Of a DNA stretch of 64,000 nt, positions 50,536-59,030 are shown in pieces. Below the pieces are notes generated by a model. That model searched no databases. It was not told the DNA's origin and saw only the letters and a list, made by a program, of their open reading frames with translations. Source of the DNA: Cenarchaeum sp. (GTDB lineage: Archaea; Thermoproteota; Nitrososphaeria; Nitrososphaerales; Nitrosopumilaceae); the NCBI GenBank assembly GCA_965206845.1, contig OZ242221.1:768001-832000 (forward strand). The letters run 5' to 3'. Both the position numbers and the translations under genes were made by a program. Within the stretch, counting starts at the first letter, position 1. The number at the start of each line of letters is the position of its first letter.

Positions 50536-50708
50536 TCCGTCTGTCGAGTCTGAAAAATATTAAACCTTGCTGAAACCGGCTTCTTTGTCTGGGTATGACC
50601 CTGCGTACCGGGGCGCGTCTTTGCGCCCAGCACGGCAGGCCGCCCCGCATGCAGGCTCATCGCCGAACCCGTACGAATGGACTATCTTTGGTGGGTGGAG
50701 GCATGTGG

Positions 50709-52304
50709 TCACTTGCCGGCCAGGGTTTTCTTGCCCGGGGCATCGTCACCCGGACCGCTGGATCCCGTTCCGCTGCCGCCCATTATCGAGTCCCCCTCCT
50801 GGAAGTGTCTCAGATCTTCTCCCTCGATAACATCCTCTTCTGGGGGGATGTAATCCCTGACATCGTGCCGGGCCTTTCCTGGGTACCGGCTCTGGGTCGC
50901 AAGAGCCACGGCGATAAACAGGATGAAGGACACGATAGGCGGTATGAAGGTATCAAGACCAGCCAGATCTTCTGGGAACGAGAAGAAGAAGTACAGCCGG
51001 AGAAATGAACCCACAAGAAGGGAGGCAATTGCGGCGGGCATGTTCGCCTTCTTCCAGAACAGGCCGAATGTAAGGGGGGCAAGCGCGCCGGCAAATACGA
51101 TATCAAACGCCAGGATAAGGTAGATTCCGGGCGCCGGGGCAAAGTAGCCCAGGGCCGTTCCGGCAATCATCATGGGTATGAGCGCTATGCGCGTCATGAC
51201 AAGAAGCTTCTTGTCGTTCATCGTGGCCTTGCCGAGCCACCTCCTGCGAATTATCCTGCTGATCAGGTTCCTCGACACCACGCTGGAGATTGCCAGCAGT
51301 CCCCCGCTGGCAGTCGACATTGACGCGCCTATGATGCCCATCAGTATGCCTGCCCCAATGGCAAAGGGCAGGTGCCCCGTAACCAGCAGCGGAAGCGCGA
51401 GGTTGGGCGCGGTGTCCGGGGCCAGGTAGTGGTACGCTATGATTCCCATCATCGTGGTTGGCACCACCGTGAACATCGTCAGCAGTCCGCCCATCAGAGC
51501 TCCCCTCTGCGCAGTCTTGGGGTTCTTGGCTGCAAACACCCTCTCCATAAAGTCCAGCGCTATGATATCGCCCAATCCCAGCGCCAACAGGCCGGCCCAG
51601 TTAATCAGTGCACCGTTGGCTACATCAAACAGCCCGGACAGATCAAGAAACTCCGGCGGGGCGCTACTGTAGATCACATTCCACGGGGCGTCGGCAAATC
51701 CTCCGGCAAAGAACAGAAATCCGGCCCAGAATGCACCTATTGCAAGGTAGACCTGGAACAGGTTGGTGTATGCAGACGCAAACAGCCCGCCGGTCATGGT
51801 ATAAGCCACCACGACCAGCGCCGTGATCAGTATACCCCAGAAGTAGTCTATTCCAAAGACGGTCTCCAGAATAAAACCGCTTGCCGCCAGGTTGCCTGCG
51901 ACCAGAATGATAAAGCTGATTATCATCAAAACTCCGGAGATTCCCTCCGCGCCGTTGCCGAACCTTCTAAAGTAAAAATCTGGCAGGGTAATCATCGACA
52001 TCTTATTGAGCGGTTTTCCGTAGAATGCGGCCACGACCAGCAGGCACATCCCCAGGCCGATTGGCGTTATCGCGCCCGCCCAGAACCCGAACTCAAAGAC
52101 GAGGGCCGCATTGCCCAGGGTGGAGTTTCCGTCAACGGCCTGCGCGGCAAGCATCGTCCCGACCAGCGCCAGCGGCAGGCTCTTCCCTGCAACGATCAGC
52201 CTCTTTCCGCTGCCCCGCACCAGCTTGCCGGCAAAAATTCCAACGATAAGAGTGACTGCTATGAACACTGCTATCGCTATTCCAAAATCACCAAACTCGG
52301 CCAT
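50709..52304 (-). CDS. Sodium:solute symporter (SSS family)
   Basis: Many TM segments, AGKSLPL, TLPDF..RRFG, YT..GG and ASMSTAS motifs. Confidence 0.9.
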   Translation of the reverse strand: MAEFGDFGIAIAVFIAVTLIVGIFAGKLVRGSGKRLIVAGKSLPLALVGTMLAAQAVDGNSTLGNAALVFEFGFWAGAITPIGLGMCLLVVAAFYGKPLNKMSMITLPDFYFRRFGNGAEGISGVLMIISFIILVAGNLAASGFILETVFGIDYFWGILITALVVVAYTMTGGLFASAYTNLFQVYLAIGAFWAGFLFFAGGFADAPWNVIYSSAPPEFLDLSGLFDVANGALINWAGLLALGLGDIIALDFMERVFAAKNPKTAQRGALMGGLLTMFTVVPTTMMGIIAYHYLAPDTAPNLALPLLVTGHLPFAIGAGILMGIIGASMSTASGGLLAISSVVSRNLISRIIRRRWLGKATMNDKKLLVMTRIALIPMMIAGTALGYFAPAPGIYLILAFDIVFAGALAPLTFGLFWKKANMPAAIASLLVGSFLRLYFFFSFPEDLAGLDTFIPPIVSFILFIAVALATQSRYPGKARHDVRDYIPPEEDVIEGEDLRHFQEGDSIMGGSGTGSSGPGDDAPGKKTLAGK

Positions 52305-52691
52305 TTAACAACTAGTAATTAGTCAACAGGTTATTTAAATATTGAAAAATTGCAGTAAAGTACGTTTTAGCGAACAAAAAATTAAACGTATACTACAATT
52401 ACCAATAAAAATTGGACGCATGCCACAATTATGGTAAAAGTTGTGCGCCAGCATCCCGCGGAGACGACGCCGGGCACGGGCCGCCGGCATGCCGTCCCCG
52501 CAGGCGGCCGCTACCGCCTTACCCCGACTCGCGCCGGCGCCGTACGTCCGTACCGCACGGGTTCGCCTGTCACATCGGACCGGTCGCAGGTATTTTTCCG
52601 GATGTGCCGTTTCGTGCCCGAATGAAGTGAGGTGTAATGTCACACCTTGCGCCTCCCCACAAGATTAATAGCTACGGCGACAAACCCATGC

Positions 52692-52862
52692 ATGGATAAG
52701 CAGTTTGGCCTCGCGGCTCTTCTGGTTCTTGTGGGATTTGGGATTACACAGCTGGAGCAGGACGGCGACGGCTCATTTCTAGTGGGCATTGGCATAGGGA
52801 CGATTGTGATCGCATCGTTCTGGATTGTGCTGAGGATAATCAAGGATTTAAAGAGAAAGTAG
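52692..52862 (+). CDS. Small 2-TM membrane protein
   Basis: Two hydrophobic segments and a basic C-terminus. Confidence 0.5.
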   Translation: MDKQFGLAALLVLVGFGITQLEQDGDGSFLVGIGIGTIVIASFWIVLRIIKDLKRK

Positions 52863-53023
52863 TCTTTGCGGCAGGGCCGCGGCGTGATCTGTCGTTGCGC
52901 ACGCACCAGCTGCCTGTCGCCACGCCAAAAGGAAACCCACAATGCAGTCTGGGAAACTGCACGGCTCGGAGAGTGCGCGCGCCGCTACAAAATATTAAAA
53001 GCAAGCCAAACATATTCAGTATT

Positions 53024-53545
53024 GTGCCTGGCAAGGGATACGCAACCATAGGCCTGAAACCCGGCACCTATACCCGCCTGCAGAGCATCACGGATGCGTT
53101 CTATCCAGGAATGTTTCTGCCCAGTACCCTGATAATGTTGATGAACGAGGTAAAGCTGGGGCGCTATTCCATTGAATCCCACAGGATGAAGATTGACACG
53201 GCCGGGAGATACTACACCATGACCATAAGGGCAGATGTGAAGGACTGGCTGAGGGAGAAGTATGATCTGCATGGGAAGGAGTACGGGACAAGATACAAAA
53301 CCAAATGCTTTTCAAACTTCGTGAGCTACTTTCTGGTGAATCTGTTTGAATCCAAGCTGAACTCGCAGAATAACGTAATCAGGCTCAAGGAGTCCGACTT
53401 TGAGTGGCTCCAGAGGGAGTATGCCGTGTATAAGAAGGACACCAAGGACAGGCGCGAGGTACAGACGTTTGAAAAGTTTGCGGACTCGCACATCAACAAG
53501 ATCTTTGAAAAGATCAGAACCGCCAAGGAGATACTGACCATATGA
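53024..53545 (+). CDS. Hypothetical protein with internally repeated strand-helix units (possible tandem RHH)
   Basis: YATIGLK / YYTMTIR / NVIRLK units, each followed by amphipathic helices; GTG start inferred. Confidence 0.6.
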   Translation: MPGKGYATIGLKPGTYTRLQSITDAFYPGMFLPSTLIMLMNEVKLGRYSIESHRMKIDTAGRYYTMTIRADVKDWLREKYDLHGKEYGTRYKTKCFSNFVSYFLVNLFESKLNSQNNVIRLKESDFEWLQREYAVYKKDTKDRREVQTFEKFADSHINKIFEKIRTAKEILTI

Positions 53546-53569
53546 GCACGCAAGCGGTTTAAAAAAAAA

Positions 53570-53827
53570 TTAGAGGGGCACCATTGTGTCAATCAGCCTT
53601 GCGTTGGTGACCTGTCCGTCCTTTTCCTGAATCTCAAGATCCACCGTATACTTGAGGCCGTCAAGCATGAAGTTTACCTGCACGTCCCATGCTTCTCTTG
53701 TTCCTTTCTCCGGTATCGGGAACGTTGTGTTTACACGAAAGTCAGATACCTCACCATACAGGGAACCGATTACACGGCTTGACTCCCTGGCTATGTCTTC
53801 TGATGTACTAACCTGCACCATACTCAT
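53570..53827 (-). CDS. Hypothetical protein
   Basis: Compact coding-like ORF. Confidence 0.6.
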   Translation of the reverse strand: MSMVQVSTSEDIARESSRVIGSLYGEVSDFRVNTTFPIPEKGTREAWDVQVNFMLDGLKYTVDLEIQEKDGQVTNARLIDTMVPL

Positions 53828-53927
53828 TAACCTAAAGGACGTAGGATATAAGAATTATGTAGTGCCAGAGGGAAGAAAGTGTTACCATATTGCAACATTT
53901 AGTGGTAAACTACGAATTATTTTGGGA

Positions 53928-55310
53928 TCAGTTTCCAAAAGATCTTCCAAACTTTTTGAAGAACGACTCTTTGTTCTCGCCGTCTATCTTCTCCATGACC
54001 TGGCTTTTGTAGTAGATCGCCCGCTGGTTTTCAGGATCCAGCTTGAGCGCCCTGCTGTAGCACTCCAGGGACTCCTCGTATCTGCCAAGTGACATCAGAA
54101 GCTTTCCCTTGTAGCTGATGGCGTACACATAGTCAGGTGCTATGGACAGTGCCTTGTCGCAGTATGTCAACGCCTCGTCATACTTTTTTTGGTGCTCGAG
54201 AAGCCAGACCATGCTGCACAGCGCCCTGACATTGTCAGGCTCGATGCTCAGCGCAGCCTCGCAGAAGAATCTTGCCGCGCCGTATTTTTTTAGCGAGAAC
54301 AGGGAGACTCCCTTGCTGTACATGGCGCGAACGTTCCCCGGATCACTCTTCAGTATTCTGTCAAAGCAGTCAACGGCCTTTTTGAACATCCCCGTCCTGT
54401 CATACACCAAGCCCTTGTTCAGCAGGGCATCGGCATTCTCAGGATCAACCTCAAGCGCCTTGTCAAAGAAGTAAAAGACATCCTTGTATGAAAACCCCGC
54501 CAGATCCAGGGTCCAGCCCTTTGCCACCAGCGCCCGGACGTTCTTCGAGTCCAGCTTTAGGGCCCTGGTATAGTACCGCATGGCCTCTTCATGCCTGCTC
54601 TGCTGTGTTAGCTTTGCACCCTTTTCGTAGAGATCCTGCGACTGCCCCGACTCCGCCTCTATTGCCTTGTCCAGATAGAATGACGAGTCTGACTGCCTTC
54701 CCATTCTTCCAAGGACCAGGCTCTTGTTGTAGAGCGCATCAGGGTTCGTGCCCTCGATCTTCAGAACCTGGTCAAGCAGATCTATTGCCTCCCCGTGCAT
54801 CTTCAGGTTGCTCTTGCAGAGGGCCATGTATGTCAGCGCGCCCAGGTGCCTGCTGTCGATCTCAACGACCCGTAGAAAGCTGGATACTGCGTCATCATAC
54901 CTGCCGATCTTTTCCTGTGCCAAGCCCAAGTTGTACAGTGCATCTGTGTGCTTTGGGTCAGTCACAGCGACGTCCTCAAAGCACTGGGCGGCACTAACAA
55001 ACTCGTTTATCTGGTACAGCGCCTGTCCCTTGTGAAACTGTGCCAGCGCGTTCCCCGGATCCTCCTCCAGCGCCCTGTTGAAGCTTGAGACTGCCTTCTT
55101 GAACTCGCCGTAACTCTTCCAGTACAGACCGTTGGAGACAAAGTCCTGCTTGGCCTTGGGCTTGATAAAATGCATGGCGTAACTGTGCGGTTCAAGTTTA
55201 TAATTAGTTCTATGCCGTTTGACCGGATTTCGCAGATACGGGAGCGGCACTCCCGGATCCGTGAGGGGCGCTCGTTTCAGGAGTCCCCGCACCCAATCCA
55301 GCGCGCCCAA
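53928..55310 (-). CDS. Tetratricopeptide-repeat protein
   Basis: Multiple A...KG..L...A...FD.AL..DP repeats. Confidence 0.88.
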   Translation of the reverse strand: MGALDWVRGLLKRAPLTDPGVPLPYLRNPVKRHRTNYKLEPHSYAMHFIKPKAKQDFVSNGLYWKSYGEFKKAVSSFNRALEEDPGNALAQFHKGQALYQINEFVSAAQCFEDVAVTDPKHTDALYNLGLAQEKIGRYDDAVSSFLRVVEIDSRHLGALTYMALCKSNLKMHGEAIDLLDQVLKIEGTNPDALYNKSLVLGRMGRQSDSSFYLDKAIEAESGQSQDLYEKGAKLTQQSRHEEAMRYYTRALKLDSKNVRALVAKGWTLDLAGFSYKDVFYFFDKALEVDPENADALLNKGLVYDRTGMFKKAVDCFDRILKSDPGNVRAMYSKGVSLFSLKKYGAARFFCEAALSIEPDNVRALCSMVWLLEHQKKYDEALTYCDKALSIAPDYVYAISYKGKLLMSLGRYEESLECYSRALKLDPENQRAIYYKSQVMEKIDGENKESFFKKFGRSFGN

Positions 55311-55358
55311 AAACGTATTTTACCAAAAATGTTTATTATCTGACATTCCGCAGAGACA

Positions 55359-56483
55359 GTGATCGTAATGGGCATGGAGTTTTACGGCGATGACTACAGG
55401 GGTGCGGATGTTGCCCCCTTTGTTGGAATAAACACCTTCCTGCATCTGCCATGGGTGAAAACCCATGAAGAGCTGGTAAACGCAAGGCCCGACGTCGCCA
55501 TCATCGGCGAACCGTTTGACTTTGGCACCACCATCCGCCCCGGGGCAAGATACGGCCCGCGGGCCCTGAGGGCCGCGTCCACAATACCGTCTCCGCCCTA
55601 TGAGAGGTTTAACATCGAGACGGGGGCCGATCCCTTTGGCACGTTTAGAACCGTCGATTATGGGGATGTCCACGTGTCCCCCGGTGACGTGATCGAGTCC
55701 CACAAGAGAATGTCCCAGAAGGTAAAGGAGGTTCTCGAACAGGACGGAATTCCGGTGATGCTTGGAGGCGATCACTCGATCACCTATGCCAACGTACGCG
55801 CATTTGCCAAAAAGTACAAGAACATAGGCATGATTCATTTTGACACGCACGCAGACTGCGCCCCGCAGGGGCTGACAGGCTACAAGTATGATCACGGGGC
55901 ACACATTCGAAGAATAATGGAGATGGGATGCATGAAGGGAAGGAACTACTCCCTTGTGGGACCGCGCGGCTACTGGCCAGGACCGGATCTGTACAAGTGG
56001 ATGTCAGACCAAGACTTCCAGTGGTTCACAATGCTGGACGTTGAAGAGCTGGGAATCGACTACATTGCCAAGGAGATAGCAGACAGGGCAAACGACGGCA
56101 CCGACGCGGTGTACCTCTCTTGGGATATCGACTCGTTTGATCCCGCCTACGCCCCCGGAACAGGGGAGCCGGAGCCAAACGGCCTCACGTCCAGGGAGGG
56201 CATAAGAATGGTTCGCCTGCTCTCAAAGTCCTTTGACCCCGACAGGTTCGCAATGGATCTGGTCGAGGTGGCGCCGGCATACGATGTAAGCGACAACAGC
56301 TCGTACAACGGCGGGATTACGTCCGGACTGGGACAGAGACTGATCGTGGAACTCCTGGCGGGCCTGTCGTTGACAAAGAGGGGCCTAGACGAGGGGAGCC
56401 CGGTAAGGCCACATGATTACCGTGGAACCGGCAACACTTACAGCTTTGGCAGCCCTCGTGCGGAGATCCCCAGGAGATCTTGA
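55359..56483 (+). CDS. Ureohydrolase (agmatinase/guanidinobutyrase-like, arginase family)
   Basis: RPGARYGP, GGDHS, DTHAD, DIDSFDP.YAPGTG.PEPNG and VEVAP motifs. Confidence 0.92.
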   Translation: MIVMGMEFYGDDYRGADVAPFVGINTFLHLPWVKTHEELVNARPDVAIIGEPFDFGTTIRPGARYGPRALRAASTIPSPPYERFNIETGADPFGTFRTVDYGDVHVSPGDVIESHKRMSQKVKEVLEQDGIPVMLGGDHSITYANVRAFAKKYKNIGMIHFDTHADCAPQGLTGYKYDHGAHIRRIMEMGCMKGRNYSLVGPRGYWPGPDLYKWMSDQDFQWFTMLDVEELGIDYIAKEIADRANDGTDAVYLSWDIDSFDPAYAPGTGEPEPNGLTSREGIRMVRLLSKSFDPDRFAMDLVEVAPAYDVSDNSSYNGGITSGLGQRLIVELLAGLSLTKRGLDEGSPVRPHDYRGTGNTYSFGSPRAEIPRRS

Positions 56484-56842
56484 TGTTAGTCAAGATAACT
56501 GCGCAAGAAGAGCCATACAGACCAATTGTAACAACGTTTCAGTTCCAGAATGACGTGCTTGCCGCGTCGGCAGACAGGGTCAAGAGCAAGCTGAGACGGA
56601 ATATGCGGATCAACCTGAACGAGACCCTGCTGCTGTTTACCGAGCACATTGCGCACATGCTAAGGGAGGGCAAGGGCTACGATCAGATCAAAAGGGAGAT
56701 ATCCGGGATCCTCTCCTCCGACCAGGTGATGCCCGGAACGCCCGAGATGCTGCGCAGGCTGGACTTTGAGATTCTGTCGGATCACAAGACGGAGATAACG
56801 GTGAACCAGCCGATTGCCATTCCTGATGCCGCAAGGATGTGA
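56480..56842 (+). CDS. Divergent urease gamma subunit (UreA)-like protein
   Basis: RRNMRINLNE, REGK, ILSSDQVMPGTPEM and ITVNQPI resemble UreA RGLKLNYPE, RDGK, LTRDDVMEGVPEM and VTVHDPI; overlaps the ureohydrolase stop. Confidence 0.7.
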   Translation: MMLVKITAQEEPYRPIVTTFQFQNDVLAASADRVKSKLRRNMRINLNETLLLFTEHIAHMLREGKGYDQIKREISGILSSDQVMPGTPEMLRRLDFEILSDHKTEITVNQPIAIPDAARM

Positions 56843-56848
56843 GCGCTT

Positions 56849-57589
56849 GTGGTTCTGGAGGAGATGCTTGTAGGGCTTGACGGCGGAGCTCCGGTTCTGT
56901 TGCTCTCTGCCGGCCTGATGATCGGGCTGTTTCATGCCTTTGAGCCGGATCACGTGACTGCGGTGACCACGCAGATGGCCAAAATGAGGAGGGGCACGGC
57001 GCTGCCCGAGATAAGAAGGAATGCCGTAAAGAGCTGCCTGCTTGGCGCGTTCTGGGGGTTTGGCCACACCTCGATGATTCTTCTTGTAAGTGTTCTGATA
57101 CTCGTCTTCTCCCTGAGCATACCGGGTCAGGTGTTTGACGGATTCGAGTTTGTGGTGGGCGCGATGCTGGTCATACTGGGGCTGTCCGTTTACACGAAGA
57201 GGGGCATAACCAGGCCGAGGCATTCGCACCCGCACATCCACGGGGACGGCACGACCCACTCGCACCCGCACAGCCACGGTACTGGCCACCTTCATGGCCA
57301 CAAATCGTATCTCATCGGCTGCGTTCACGGCATTGCAGGGAGCGGGGGCATAGTCGCACTCAGCGCCCCCATGCTTGGCGACATCCAGGCCGTCCTGGCA
57401 TTTGTTCTGGTCTTCGGCGCCGGCTCGATCGTCGGGATGATGGTGGCAAGCGGGGCGCTGAGCGTTCCGTTTGGCCTTGCCAGAAACTTTGAGAGGCTGC
57501 AGAAGATCACGAGGCTTGCGACAGGCACGGTAAGCATCATCATAGGGATCGGCATAATGTACAGCCTGCAAGCCCTGTTCGTCTTTTGA
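56849..57589 (+). CDS. UreH/HoxN-like nickel/cobalt transporter
   Basis: HAFEPDH, WGFGHT, His-rich loop HSHPHIH...HSHPHSH and GCVHGIAGS. Confidence 0.85.
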   Translation: MVLEEMLVGLDGGAPVLLLSAGLMIGLFHAFEPDHVTAVTTQMAKMRRGTALPEIRRNAVKSCLLGAFWGFGHTSMILLVSVLILVFSLSIPGQVFDGFEFVVGAMLVILGLSVYTKRGITRPRHSHPHIHGDGTTHSHPHSHGTGHLHGHKSYLIGCVHGIAGSGGIVALSAPMLGDIQAVLAFVLVFGAGSIVGMMVASGALSVPFGLARNFERLQKITRLATGTVSIIIGIGIMYSLQALFVF

Positions 57590-57689
57590 GGCCCGGCCCG
57601 ACACATAGCCGCAGCGGCATCCCGGCTCCCGCGCCTGCGGGGCTTTAGATTTTTACATACCGGAAACCCAGCAACCCGCAGGGGATGCC

Positions 57690-59030
57690 GTGTACGTCAA
57701 GTTTATGATAGCTGCCATAGTTCTTGGGCTGGTTTCGGTCTCGGGAGCCTACGGGCACGGACTGGATCTTGACACCGTCCAGTCCGTAGACGTCGGCGGA
57801 AAGGATCTGACAATAACGGTGGAGATCTCACCCGAGTCCGGCGACAGGCAGATCACCGTTACCACCACCGAGGACTCGGGCCGCAGGGGCGCAGAGAACA
57901 TCACCCTTCTGATCCGCCTCTTCCACCAGGGACAGATGATACTCCAGGAGCAGTTCTTTGCGCATGACGGAGTGCTGCGGATAAACGCAGTGACGGCCGA
58001 CAGCGTGGAGATATCGGGGGAGCAGGATCCGCAGTCCGGCGTTTGGAGATCCGGGGCCGACCCGCTGACCATAACGGGACCGACCCTTGGCTCCGGGGGG
58101 CTGTACAGGTTTGAGATCGAGGTTGTGACGGCGGATGATCCGGCCCGCATTCTGGATGACCGCAGCGTCTACAGCGCCGATGTCAGCATACTGGAGACGG
58201 CATCCCACGCCCAGTCTGATCTCGGCGGCGGCGATGTGCAGTTTCGAACAAAGTCATACTTTGACACGCTGTCAGGGTTTGAGTACGATGCGCAGGCAGG
58301 CAGGGTCACAGTGGAGATGCCGTTTGACTGGAGCGAGAAGACCATATCCCACATACCGGTGGTCCACGTGGAGGTTCACATTCCAGACGGGTTTGCCGAG
58401 TTTCTGCATCCCGGCTACACGGGCAGGGTAAACGGAATCGACCTCTTTCGGGCGTCGGTGACCATCGACGACTACACGGAGGAGGATGAGCGCATAGTCC
58501 ACTTTGTGCTGCTTGGCGACCATGTCAAATCCCTGAAGACCCAGCAGAAGCAGGCAGGGCAGGAGATCCCCGACGTGATGACATTTACGCTGGACGCCAG
58601 CGACGAGACGCAGTTTCCCATGACCGCATACACCCGGGACGAGCAGTTTCGGGTGGACATCACGTGGGATCCTGTAGAGGTACAGTCAGAGGAACCCACG
58701 AACTTTGTATTTACTATCCGCGACGGCGCAACGGGCGAGCCGCTGCGGCAGTCCACGTACGGCTTTGTGATCCTGCAGGCAGGCAGCGAGATATACCGGA
58801 CCGGCGGCAACGCCGTGGTGGGCGGCTCGTTTGAGACCTACACCTTCTCCGAGGACCAGACTGGACAGACCACGATCCGGTTCGAGGACATACGCGGCAC
58901 CGGCGCGGTGACGGAGTTTGGTGTCGTGGTGGTGCCAGAGTTTGGCATCACGGCCATAATCCTGATTGCCGGCACCGCATCTGCCGTGCTCTCCGGACTG
59001 GCGGCAAGAAGCCTATTGATCCTCAAGTAG
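57690..59030 (+). CDS. Secreted PEFG-CTERM surface protein
   Basis: Signal peptide ending AYG|H and C-terminal VVPEFG plus TM segment. Confidence 0.8.
   Translation: MYVKFMIAAIVLGLVSVSGAYGHGLDLDTVQSVDVGGKDLTITVEISPESGDRQITVTTTEDSGRRGAENITLLIRLFHQGQMILQEQFFAHDGVLRINAVTADSVEISGEQDPQSGVWRSGADPLTITGPTLGSGGLYRFEIEVVTADDPARILDDRSVYSADVSILETASHAQSDLGGGDVQFRTKSYFDTLSGFEYDAQAGRVTVEMPFDWSEKTISHIPVVHVEVHIPDGFAEFLHPGYTGRVNGIDLFRASVTIDDYTEEDERIVHFVLLGDHVKSLKTQQKQAGQEIPDVMTFTLDASDETQFPMTAYTRDEQFRVDITWDPVEVQSEEPTNFVFTIRDGATGEPLRQSTYGFVILQAGSEIYRTGGNAVVGGSFETYTFSEDQTGQTTIRFEDIRGTGAVTEFGVVVVPEFGITAIILIAGTASAVLSGLAARSLLILK

Noticed and set aside
48953-50563. 536-aa plus-strand ORF
   Set aside because: Antisense shadow of the chaperonin gene; Ser/Thr-rich with no motifs. 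The same applies to many other overlapping ORFs in this GC-rich sequence.
55359-56483. Calling the ureohydrolase a GdmH-type guanidinase
   Set aside because: It lacks the DRH.D / MHT-type residues I associate with GdmH, and no hypA/hypB or guanidine riboswitch was recognised.
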